Shown here one piece after another: positions 38,033 through 50,044 of a DNA stretch of 64,000 nt. Source of the stretch: Octopus bimaculoides. Lineage: Eukaryota. Location: contig NC_068992.1 in assembly GCF_001194135.2 (NCBI RefSeq), positions 23,676,471 to 23,740,470 on the forward strand, in the 5' to 3' direction. The notes under the pieces are model-generated. The model had not been told where the DNA came from. It did no database searches and saw only the letters and a list, made by a program, of their open reading frames with translations. Both the position numbers and the translations under genes were made by a program. Position 1 is the first letter of the stretch; each line of letters opens with the position of its first letter.

Positions 38033-39058
38033 GTACATATATATATATATGATATATATATGCCCCTCACATGTAAGTGTGTGTGCATTATTGTTCCATT
38101 ACGCTAATGTATGTCTGGTCTGTATATGGTACCATGAATAGGCGACTAGAAAGTTTTGTTTTAATCATGTTGGTACAACAGTACCTGATATGGCATGTAG
38201 AAACGCACAAGCGCGTAGCTTCCCCGACTACACTGACCACAAGTAAAAGCGTTCACCACCATTTTCTCCTGGTGTTCTTCTTTGTTCTGATTTGTTTATA
38301 TTCATCACCGATCATTAGCCTCACCTCTTGTCATGTAAAACACTTGTGTAGCTCCATTCACCAGCGGCAAGTGAGAAAGCACATCGTTGTATACATATAC
38401 ACTCATACACACATATAGAAAATGTGACGCCATCGTCTTCATCGTATAAAATGTTTACGATAGTTCACCTATGATACAGAATATAACGTTAAATTTTTGA
38501 ACTGCAAATATGAGAATCGAAATTAAGTTTAGCTTGTAGCCGAAATAGTGCTGAATCTTTTCATACCCCATACGTCAAAGTCGATAGCTCGGTTATAGAA
38601 TGCATAAGGAATATATATACATATATATATATNNNNNNNNNNNNNNNNNNNNNNNNNNNNNNNNNNNNNNNNNNNNNNNNNNNNNNNNNNNNNNNNNNNN
38701 NNNNNNNNNNNNNNNNNNNNNNNNNNNNNNNNNNNNNNNNNNNNNNNNNNNNNNNNNNNNNNNNNNNNNNNNNNNNNNNNNNNNNNNNNNNNNNNNNNNN
38801 NNNNNNNNNNNNNNNNNNNNNNNNNNNNNNNNNNNNNNNNNNNNNNNNNNNNNNNNNNNNNNNNNNNNNNNNNNNNNNNNNNNNNNNNNNNNNNNNNNNN
38901 NNNNNNNNNNNNNNNNNNNNNNNNNNNNNNNNNNNNNNNNNNNNNNNNNNNNNNNNNNNNNNNNNNNNNNNNNNNNNNNNNNNNNNNNNNNNNNNNNNNN
39001 NNNNNNNNNNNNNNNNNNNNNNNNNNNNNNNNNNNNNNNNNNNNNNNNNNNNNNNNNN

Positions 39059-39090
<32 letters not shown>

Positions 39091-39884
39091 ATATATATAT
39101 ACACATATGTCTTTGTATATGTAAGTTTCTATGTATATTGATACATATTGAGAGAAGTATTAATTAAATAAGATTTCGGTAAATAACTTCATAATATACA
39201 TAGTTCGCTCACAGTTATTGGTTGCCTGATGCTCTCATACAGTGGAAATGCTCTTACTGCTTAATATATATCAGGAATTCTATTGCATCTGTAGAATTTA
39301 TATAAATAGTTAAATAACACACAATGGAATGTACGATATTATTTATCTAAACAATTATTTTCCGAAATAACTGAAGTGATTTTGAATAACGAATGTCGTT
39401 TATTCTGTTTCCTATCATTTATCTATTGATATAAGTATATATGGGTATATATATACAAAATAGAACCATGCATGCATCGAAAGGCATATAGCTGATATAA
39501 CCCATTATTTCTGTCTACTTGATATATTAGTAATGTATATATATATATATATATATATNNNNNNNNNNNNNNNNNNNNNNNNNNNNNNNNNNNNNNNNNN
39601 NNNNNNNNNNNNNNNNNNNNNNNNNNNNNNNNNNNNATATATGTATATGTATGTATGTATGGAAGACCATACGTGCGAGACTCTCCACTCGATATCGCCC
39701 ACGTTGTACGGAGGATAAGCAAAGGCCGATACAGATTGATACCTGTGACATCACACCTCATTTCTACAGATGGATAAGCGAGACCAGCGTAAAGTAAAGA
39801 GTCTTGCTCAAGAACACAACACCTAGAGTCAATGTTTGACTGCTATTTCAAGCATGGTGGTATCTCTTACATACACTAAATTAT

Positions 39885-39959
<75 letters not shown>

Positions 39960-40799
39960 GCATAGAGAGAGAGGGGGAGAGAGAGAGAGATAGATTGTAT
40001 TATACAGAATATTATATTATAGCTCATACGCGAGTTTCAGTAGGTGGAGATATAATTACAGACACACATGCACACACACACACACACATGCACGCACACA
40101 AAACACACGCACACACACGCACATTTACATGGTGACGTGAACAACCAGCAAATACATGTGATTTTCGACGATTATTAGAAACAAAATAAAACTCACACAA
40201 ACTCAGTTATTATCTCTTCATACATAAACAAACACTTACAAGGTCATACATTAAAATGTCTAATACATAATACCCTGAAGAACGGATGTATAGTATCTGA
40301 TGATAAGCAACAGGCACATAGGCTTAACGTCATATCGTTCTTTCTGTTACCTATACATTACATACATATTTCTATTATCATTTTCATAATTATTTAAGCA
40401 TATAATCGTATTTTCTCGTGTAACACATACATATTCTATAAACGTATCTGTTTTTTGTTTTCGCTTTCAGAGAATATTTGTTTTGATTTATTTTCTGTGG
40501 ATTTAAGAACATGATCGTAATAGGAGATAAAGTGTGTCATATTTATTGCGCATAAACATATACCTGTATATAGGTTTGTTTGTCTAATACACATGCATTA
40601 AAGTGTGCGTTGAGCTGTAGTTATCAGTGTCTGTTAGTTGAATCCTTACATAAAACACAAATATCACAGAACATCGTTGATATTTTGCAGAGGAAATTCA
40701 TATAGTTGAAGACTAACTTGCTTGGCATCTGTTTGTAGGATTGTTTCTCATTTTACTTTTCTTTTTCGGGCATATATTTGGAATGACCGTAAGAAGTGG

Positions 40800-41700
40800 A
40801 TGTTTTTACGACCTTTCTGTTGGGTGTCAGGTCCAGGAAGCTTCGTAAAATTTGAAGTTGCTGAACACGATAAATTCAAATGGCGACGAAATGATGTTAA
40901 TGTCCACAAGGAAGAACAATTTATTGATAACGAACTGCATGTGACTAAGGTTTACAGAGCGATAGATACATATGTAGGAAAGATATTTTGTGGTAAGCAA
41001 TGAAGGTTTTCTTCATGCTAATATTGAAGGAAGGGAAATGGAATACGTAGAGAATGTAACCTAGTTGAGCATAAACGCCACTTCGTGGACTTAAATTTGA
41101 ATACAGCTTATAGCCTGGAATGCAAATTTGAGATTTCTGTCTTCGAGATAAATAGGGTGTGGTGTTTGCAAGGTAATAAGAGGCAGGGTGTTGTGTTCTA
41201 GTTTTGGTAGGAATCAGTGGATGATTAATAATACTATTAATAATACGCCGGTTTGTATCCTTACGAGAAAAATCTTCTTTAAATATACGCATGAGAAAGC
41301 AGATTGTGGTGTGCTTACCATTGTGACCATCTAACCCGAAAATGGTAGTGGGATATTACGCATCACTTATAACAGGACTGCGTTAACAATCTCGGCCTGT
41401 ATTTATGTTGGGCATGAGTACAGATCCGGTTCATATATGCTTCTTTAAATATACGTTGTTTGTCATCCTTTCTGGTCCCACCGTTCAATTGCTATTTATT
41501 CTATCGACAATGGAATGAAGAAAATCAAAACTATATGAGGATTTGAAATATAAGTTACAATATACAGTAAAGAATTTTGTTCAAATCTAAAGATTCTCCT
41601 TAATTAAACAAGTTCTTTTTTACATTAGCTTGTCCGTCGCAACGAACCGGAAAGAGGAGAGTAAATTTCTTATGCATACACTGTGTGATAATTGTGCCAT
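40800..41700 (-). pseudogene. Possible decayed intronless class A GPCR
   Basis: IAIERW (R codon 41481-41483), Cys 25 codons +1 nt upstream, ATDKL Asp ~50 codons upstream, ECL2-like TTIC, TM6-like YLSYI, TM7-like KLF..INIISSPFEF..NFKF. Requires several frameshifts and many stops. Confidence 0.4.
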
Positions 41701-43030
41701 AAACCGGGATAACAGTTGAGAATGAGAACTTACAAAGAAAATATCTTTTATTCCATTTTTACCTATTTTATCAGCACTTTCGAAAACTTGGAAAAGTTTC
41801 AAGACAAAGTTGATGTGCACCATGCATATTATCACTGGAGGCATGCCCAGATTTCTTATCACCGTCAAACATGTGGTTCATTTAAGAATAGGTTTGTAAC
41901 TGGAGATGTAATTGTCACTCGGTGACACCAACTGTGTGGAATGTAAAACCATAATTGGTTCAAAATCACTCAAACTACGCATGCGATTTTAAGATGGATT
42001 TCAACTCCCCAGTAAATAAATATGACAAAACTATCATAACCAACAGCGAAATAATAATTCTTTATGATTTTGGTAGCAGGGAAGGGAAATTTTCTGGAAG
42101 GGTTTAGTCGTTAAAATCAATCCCAGTAATTGAGATCTATGTTTTTTTTTTATCGATCCTGAAGAGATAAAATGTAAATTTGACTTTTGTTTCATGTGAC
42201 GCCAAACGTAAAGCGTTAAAACAATATCGCAATGCCATAGCAGTTTTGCCAGGTCACCGCCTTTTCCAGATTAATAATTATTATTGTTCGAAATTTAGAC
42301 ACAAATACATGCCAATTCAACATCCTAATTACATATGGCGTAGGCACTAAGCCAGGAATCAAGTGGAAAGCTTTAGTCGATAGCATCAACACTAAGTACT
42401 TAAGTAGTACTTCATATTCGAATGCATACATGAAATGCCACGCTGACCTTGGAAGATTTGGAACTGAGTAAAATGCCAGGAGAAATACATTAAGACCTTT
42501 TTCATACGTTTTATTTGCTCATCCATCGCCTTATAATACTAATACTACGAATGATAAGGATTTTAAATTTTGGCACAAGGCCGATTATTACAAGAGAAGG
42601 GGTAAATCAATCTCATCAACCCCTGTGCACAGCTCTGAATTTACACAATTTTTAAACGTCGTGTAACGGAATATCGTGACAGGCAATACAAATATGACTT
42701 TAGTTGTCGTTATAGAATTTAATGTCCAAACGTTTGTTCATCTTTCTTCTATTGATGTATTCAGATGGATAATTGTATCGACAGCTAGAAGATAGATATT
42801 ACAATAATGCTACTGTTACTGTAGCCTGTGTCTCCGCACTGTCTTATCGTCACACACAGATTGCTCATGCGAGTAAGACAAAGCGGGGGGTCGTTGAAAT
42901 GGCTTGTTTCTAAGTGATTGTAGTTGTTGTCGTTGTTATTTCTACTGGTTTTGCTCTTCCTTTGAGAATAGACAACCCTGAGGTGTTAAACCGTATGCAT
43001 AATTTTGCTGCTACTTTATTTTTAATATTC

Positions 43031-43485
43031 TTTTCTACTCTAGACATAAGGCCCAAAAATTTTAGGGAAAGGGCCAGTCGATTAGATCGACCCCAATGCG
43101 CAACTGGTACTTAATTTATGGACCACGAAAAGGTGAAAGGCAAAGTCGACTTCGGCGGAATTTGAACTGAAAACGTAAAGACAGACGAAATACCAGTAAG
43201 CATTTTGTCCGGCGTGTTAACATTTCTGCCAGCTCGCCGCTTTCTTTATTTTAAATATTTATTTCTTTATTGCCCTCAGGGAGCTAATCCTAGAGGGGAC
43301 AAAGACAGACAAAGGGATAAAGTCGATTACATCGACCCCAGTGCGTAACTAGTACTTATTTAATCGACCCCAAAAGGATAAAAGGCAAAGTCGACCTCGG
43401 TGGAATTTGAACACAGAACGTAACGGCAGACGAAATAAGGCTAAGCATTTCACCTGGCGTGCTAACGATTGTGCCAGCTCGCTGC
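43031..43485 (-). mobile_element. Two head-to-tail SINE family B copies (43031-43240 tail B2; 43260-43485 tail B1)
   Basis: Both are full length. The B1 copy is flanked by a 16/19-identical direct repeat (43241-43259, 43486-43504). Confidence 0.93.
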
Positions 43486-43600
43486 TATCTTCATTTTAAA
43501 TAGTATGAAATACAAAGTGCTCCTCGGTCTGGTTCAATCTCTAAAAATAAAAACCAGAACACATAATAATAAAGATGATGACGATGACGACGACGACGAC

Positions 43601-43633
<33 letters not shown>

Positions 43634-44368
43634 AGTGAGGCATTCATTATCTCTCCTCCGCCTTTCGGGAAATGTGTTACTGCTTTTGTTTAGAAGTTTT
43701 CCAGATATCAATCGATGCCAATAATTATCTTGATCCCTTTAGACCAAATTCACCTGGACGGATGCAAAAATCCTCTTGAAGTATAGCAATCTAAAACCTG
43801 AAATAAGCGGAAATGACGACATAAAAGCGATCAAAAAGATAATGTATAATACTTAACTCAGTGGTTCTACTAAAACTATGAACACAGCTGACATATATGT
43901 GCCAGAATCTATAACGTTACACGCAGTTTCAATAATTTTCTTGATGCCTACTCTCAACAACGTAACACACAGTTCAAATGATTGGCCTATAATGTACTAC
44001 CATCAAGAGACTTCTACTTCAATAGTTAGCCTGAAACAATATACTCACCAAGCACAAGAAATAACGCATCAACTAATAGAGCCTACAAAATAAACGCTAC
44101 AGTATGACACATATAGCATAGAAGCGTATAACACGACACACAGACAAGACAAATAGTTGTCAATGGTGACGTAGCACTGGCAATAACGTAACAAAGAAAT
44201 GAAATCCCATAGCATTAATATATCTGATGTTATGTGCAATTTCACAATAGCATAAGGCAATGATGCATCCACCTTAGAATCATCGACGTGTATGTGCAGA
44301 TGCAAGGGCAGTACGAAACTTACGAAATAAACATAAAAATATCAATGATGCTGAAGATGAATAAGACG

Positions 44369-44421
<53 letters not shown>

Positions 44422-44484
44422 AAGAAGAAGAAGAAGAAGAAGAAGAAGAAGAAGAAGAAGAAGAAGAAGAAGAAGAAGAAGAAG

Positions 44485-44638
44485 AATTGCACTACTGGGC
44501 ACTGCACACATCCTACGCAAAACACTTTCAATACAGTAACCATAAGAGCATCACAACAAACCACAGCACATACCCAAGGAACACAGAGCTACGCTCGGTA
44601 GTGAAGTGAAAGCACGCTATAAAAATAAAAGTACTGAA
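44485..44638 (+). mobile_element. R4/Dong-like LINE 3' end between (AAT)n(GAA)n and (GAT)n(AAT)n tracts
   Basis: Encodes IALLGTAHILRKTLSIQ* and has the same 3'UTR as 28366-28590. Confidence 0.88.
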
Positions 44639-44658
44639 TGATGATGATGATGATGATG

Positions 44659-44764
<106 letters not shown>

Positions 44765-44794
44765 TGATGATGATGGTGACCACAATAATAGTAA

Positions 44795-44933
44795 GACGGC
44801 GAGCTGGGAGAAACGTTAGCACGCCGATCGTAATGCTTAGAGTAATTTTGTCTGTTTTTAGGTTCTCAGTTCAAATTCCGCCGAGGTTGACTTTGCCCTT
44901 TCTCCTTTCTGGGTTGATAAATTAAATACCAGC
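44795..44933 (+). mobile_element. SINE family B, head and core
   Basis: GGCGAGCTGG..CAGTTCAAATTCCGCCGAGG..GATAAATTAAATACCAG. Confidence 0.85.
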
Positions 44934-45405
44934 AGCCCCTTCCTCAAAACATTTCGGGTATCATTCCTAGAGTAGAAGACAAGTAATAACCTGTAATAAA
45001 AGCTAATATTTTCAAAATCTAAATATTATATTTGAAATTTTATCCTTAGCTGGAATATCATATGTAAAAGCTTCCTTGTTCTCTACTTTACTAGATGTAA
45101 TAACTTGTCCTGGACTTTTCCAAGTGTAATAACTTGTCCTGTTATTTTCTAAGTTTATAATCTTAAGAATATTGTTTCTCTTGCTCTCAGTTTTCCATGT
45201 AATAGAAAGAAGTGACACTTATAGAATATAGACACTTACTATGACACACAATATAGAAAGAAGTGTAAAACCGATAACTGTATAATCCAACCAAAATAGC
45301 TCAGTTACGGAAACGTAAACAGAATTACGATCTTAAATTAAAATAGATCGTACATATTCAAAGAAATTTCTTGGCTTAGTGAGACGGAACGTTATTCTGG
45401 AATTC

Positions 45406-45718
45406 TTTTACTTGTTTCAGTTATTTCACTGTGGCCATGTTGGAGCACCGCCCATTAGTCCAAGAAATCGTGGACTTATTCCATGTAAGCCTGGTGCTTA
45501 TTCTATCATGGCCTTCTGCCGAAGCGCTGAGTTATATGGGCGCAGACACGCCAACATCAGTTGTCAAACTATGGTAGTGGACACACATACACACACACAC
45601 GCACGCACACACACTCACACATACACAGATATATATATACGACATGCTGCTTTCAGTTTCCGTCTACTAAATCCACTCACTATGCTTTTGTCGGCCCAAG
45701 GCTATAGGAGAAGACACT
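45406..45718 (-). mobile_element. SINE family C, 5'-truncated
   Basis: Aligns to 31290-31590 and lacks the tRNA head. Confidence 0.85.
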
Positions 45719-46084
45719 CTATAAAGTATAGAGTTGAATTTCGTGTAGCCACCTGTTGGCAATTTTTCTCCCCCATCCATTTAGTAGGGGGCAATGCCTA
45801 TTTTTCTGGGCTCTTTTCACACCTTGCATTAGTTTTTGTATGAAAACACAAGAGGAAGGGAGGGGGCTTGTTTTTAGTTTGTAGAGAAAACGTTAAACGT
45901 GCCTAAAAAATAAAAGACACCAAGAACTATCAAACAAGATGAATCAGTACGGAGAGTGGGGGAAAGAAGAAAGAAGTAACAGTCGATCGTTCTAGAACTC
46001 CCAGAAAAAAAAAAAACGTAAACACTTGAAAGACTTACCCTCTGTTCATTATTAAATGTCTCCCTCTTCTTCATTGTTAAAAGT

Positions 46085-46365
46085 TGTTGTTGTTATTGGC
46101 ACGCCATCGCTTACGACGTCGAGAGTTCCAGTTGATCCGATCAACGGAACAGCCTGCTTGTGAAATTAACGTGCAAGTGGCTGAGCACTCCACAGACACG
46201 TGTACCCTTAACGTACTTCTCGGGGATATTCAACGTGACACACTGTGACAAGGCTGACCCTTTGAATTACAGGCACAACACTCACAACGCCCGGTCTGGG
46301 AATCGAGGCCGCGATCCTATGACCGCGAGTCCGCTGCTCTAACCAATGGGCCATTGAGCCTCCAC
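46085..46365 (-). mobile_element. SINE family A with an internal deletion
   Basis: TSD (C)ATTGTTAAAAGT at 46072-46084 and 46365-46377. About 110 bp are missing relative to 2883-3269. Confidence 0.93.
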
Positions 46366-46499
46366 ATTGTTAAAAGTAAAGAAGCTAGAAAAGATCGATC
46401 GTGTTTCAGTGTAATTGTCATTGTAAATGACTGAGATATTCCTTTCCCTGTCTATGTCGCTTTACTCCTTTTCTTACGGAATACCGTAGACGGAATACC

Positions 46500-46893
46500 T
46501 ATTTCTGTATTGCCCACAAGGGGCTAAACATAGAGGGGACAAACAAGGACAGACAAACGGATTAAATCGATTACATCGACCGCAGGGCGTAACTGGTACT
46601 TAATTTATCGACCCCGAAAGGATGAAAGGCAAAGTCGACCTCGGCGGAATTTGAACTCAGAACGTAACGGCAAACGAAATACCTATTTCTTTACTGCCCA
46701 CAAGGGGCTACACACAGAGGGGACAAACAAGGACAGACAAACGGATTAAGTCGATTATATCGACCCCAGTGTGTAACTGGTACTTAATTTATCGACCCCG
46801 AAAGGATGAAAGGCAAAGTCGACCTCGAGACGGCAAACGAAATACCGCTAAGCATTTCGCCCGGCGTGCTAACGATTCTACCAGCTTGCTGCC
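46500..46893 (-). mobile_element. Tandem SINE family B dimer (B1 tails)
   Basis: Units 46500-46683 and 46684-46893 are joined at GAAATACC|TATTTC. The same junction motif occurs at the left end. Confidence 0.93.
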
Positions 46894-47641
46894 TTAATAA
46901 TAATAATATTAATAATGATAATAATAATACTAATAATAAGAAGAAGGATTTACTGGCTGATCAGTGGTGTCCAAAAGCTAAAAGAAATATGAAGCATTTT
47001 CTGGCGGTTACACATAAAGACAGAGCACTTTAGACAATGAAAGGCCTGTTTCAAAATTATGAAGAGGACTGGTGGATAAGACATACTACAAAATATATAT
47101 GGATGAACGCATTATGAATTTCAGAAGTACATCCAAACACCTATTTTTATATACAAGCATGCACACGTATATATACGCATGCACATACAAATATATATAC
47201 GTATGCATACACACGTCTTTTCAAGTATATAAGGGGTAAAATTAAAGTGCACAGCAATTATCGTAAGACAGTTTAAAGAAATAAGACGAAGGGCTGTCTC
47301 TTGATATCAGAGTACTCCAAATGCCACCTTAGTTGATTATTTTTTTTTGTAATTCTGTTTGTATGTCGCTCAACGTACCATTAAACATTTGGTGTTGGAC
47401 AACACCAGCCTCTTATGAAAATTTTCTTTTAATTTCTGTAGAATGTATTAATTTTACATTAACTAGTAATCTACCATTGGGAAATTTCTTTGACGTTTCA
47501 AACAAATTGTTCTTCTGTTATTCAAAGTTCTTTAAGTGTCCATGACACCAGAGATCAATAGTTTTATCTGTTAACACCTTGTTCGATTTCTATGAAAGAC
47601 GAATGTGCTGTTCCAACTTTCTTATATTCATTTTTTTCCAG

Positions 47642-47758
47642 TGTTCCTCTGAGGAAGGATATCAATGCCGTTTCGAAGAAATTGCCATTAGTAAAACAAA
47701 TAAAAAATTCAAGAATGCCGGGAAACAGTACCGGACTTATGAATTGAAGAAATACAAG
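47642..47758 (+). CDS. Candidate internal exon (CSSEEGYQCRFEEIAISKTNKKFKNAGKQYRTYELKKYK), unassigned
   Basis: Acceptor TTCATTTTTTTCCAG, donor AAG|GTAAGA, 117 nt, a single open frame in phase 0-0. It could instead be decayed LINE ORF2 (FVGINIDEK occurs near 48050). Confidence 0.3.
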
Positions 47759-48810
47759 GTAAGATCAACCAAGAAGTAATAGAACCAGCAGAACAAAGGT
47801 TATTCTGAGGCCAACTATTTTTCAGCGAAATAGGAGAATGCAGCTATTATAGGTAACCAGGAGACAATCACTTTTCCATTGAAAAGAAATGCAAAAAGAA
47901 GCATGTGAAAAGAAAGGAAATTTGATATCGACAACCATGTTGACAATCAGAAATAATCTCAAGATGGAAGCATGAAGTGGAGGAAAAGAAAATATATGAA
48001 CATTGAACAGTGCAATTTATGGGGTTACCTGCAAAAACGCATTGATATTTGTGGGTATTAATATAGACGAAAAACATTTGCCTGAAAAGAATGTACTAAA
48101 AACCGGACAGGCAAGTATGTTGGCGGGAAAATGTGGATATTGATGAGTTTAATTTCCTTAAGAAAGCTCCCTTAATTTGGACAATAGTAAGTGTCAGTAA
48201 ATTATAGGTAATGTATGAGGTAAAAGAAAAAGCTTGGTGAGAGAGAAGAAAGAAAATATCGCTATTATTAGAAGGTACCAATAAGAAGCAAAATTACAAT
48301 TCTTTTCAATCTCTATGCCTATTTGATCAACGCCTTGCTGCGAAGTTTCTGTCTATTGAATTTACTCGCAAACCTTCATCTGCCAAGAAATAATGGTAGA
48401 AAACCTTTGGCAGCTTTCCGTACAGTAGGACTTCTAGCTGAACAACGTGACTTCGAAACAGATTCATTAACACTCAAAACTTATAAAATGTGTTAGTGTG
48501 TATGTAATTATGCCTATGTTTATACACACCCACACAGATGATTAGAGAGATAACATTTACAGAGCTAAACAGGCGTGTTAATAAATCAGGTATTACATTT
48601 CAGTTCAAGCACTTCCAGTTTCTAGAGGACTGACTTTTTCAATAACTCTTAACAATTCTCAGAAATAGTACCTACGTACTGCTGGGGTTAAGACGACCAA
48701 CCTCTTTGTCTTACAATCAGATCTATGTTGCATAATCAGTTATGAGTCAAGGTATGAAATAGGAGAACAAGAGATTTTGACATCAGAATTCTTACTGAAC
48801 AGGACATATT

Positions 48811-49401
48811 CTTTTCTACTCTTGGCACAACGCCCGAAATTTTTGGGGACGGGGTCAGTCGATTACATCGACCTCCAGAACGCAACTGGTACTGAATTTA
48901 TCGAACTCGAAAGGATGAAAGGCAAAGTCGATCTCGGCGAAATTTGAACTCAGAACGTAGACAGATGAAATACCATTTCGCCCGGTGTGCTAACGATGCT
49001 GTCAGCGAGCCGTCTTTTGAACAAAACACATTTTTTTTCTATTCTAGACACAGGCCTGGAATTCTGAGGAGGGACTCATTTGATTAGATCGATCCCCAGT
49101 TCGCAACTAGTACTTCATTTAAGCATTTCGCTCGGCGTCGTAAGGATTCTGCCAGCTCACCGCCTTTTGGACAGAACATATTTATTTCTTTATTGTCCAC
49201 AGGGGGATAAACATAGAGAGGACAAATAAGGACAGACAAAAGGACTAAGTCGATTCCAATGCGTAAATGGTACTGATTTATCGACCCCGAAAGGATGAAA
49301 TGAAAAGTCGACCTCGGCACAATTTGAACGCAAAACGTAACGACATGAAATAAACACTAAGCATTTCGTCCGGCGTGCTAACGGTTCTGCCAGCTCTCTG
49401 C
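48811..49401 (-). mobile_element. Three head-to-tail SINE family B copies (48811-49014, 49036-49164 internally deleted, 49183-49401 B1)
   Basis: Repeated tail-core-head motifs. Confidence 0.9.
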
Positions 49402-49837
49402 ATTTCGAATAGAACTTACCGTTGTCAGAATTGCATAAACTTTGTCCGTTGTATATCAATTTAAAATTACCAGAAAACAAAAAAAAATTATACAAGAAAA
49501 AATAATAATAAAGATACTAAACTGTTTAAGTTATGAAATTAAAACTGTCTATAAACACACTTAAAATGTTCACACATTATAGAAGCTTGGTAAAATTCAA
49601 TTTTAGCATGTATTTGCATTAAAATGAAATATATGCAAATATAATTTCATACTAAAACACATCAAATATCACTATAGATTGCTTAAAATACACAAAAACG
49701 TGCGTTCTATATTTTCAAATCTTGAGCAACGCCTGTTAGTTCTGCTAGAATAAAGCAATTTTTTTTTGTCATTGAATACTTATTGTTTAAGAATTATATA
49801 ACTATATACATTATATAGGCCAATATCCTCTTTTATA

Positions 49838-50025
49838 TTTTACGCGTTTCAATCATTAGGTTGCGGCCATGCTGGGGTACCGTTTTGAAGTAGTTTCAAT
49901 CGAATGAATCGACCCGAGTATTTATCTTCTTTAATCCTGATACTTACTCTATCTGTCTCTTAGGCAGAACAGCTTACTTAAAGGGATGTAAACACAGCAA
50001 CACATGCTGTTAAGCGGAAGTGGGC
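49838..50025 (-). mobile_element. SINE family C, diverged 3' fragment
   Basis: TGCGGCCATGCTGG..ATCGACCC..GGATGTAAACAC motifs. Confidence 0.7.
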
Positions 50026-50044
50026 CAGCAAATTCCGGAAAGTG

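Noticed and set aside
40630-41000. piggyBac C-terminus reading (FRRHL, HF..IP, NPTNRC, TMFCDICVLC) on the minus strand
   Set aside because: It needs several frameshifts and gaps, the upstream YN..MGGVD spacing does not fit, and no TTAA/TIR was seen. The GPCR reading explains more landmarks. It stays an alternative until a search is run.
44049-44082. 34-nt minus-strand micro-exon (TTTTGTAG..TTG|GTGAGT)
   Set aside because: The splice signals are good, but no partner exons were found, and such pairs arise by chance in 64 kb.
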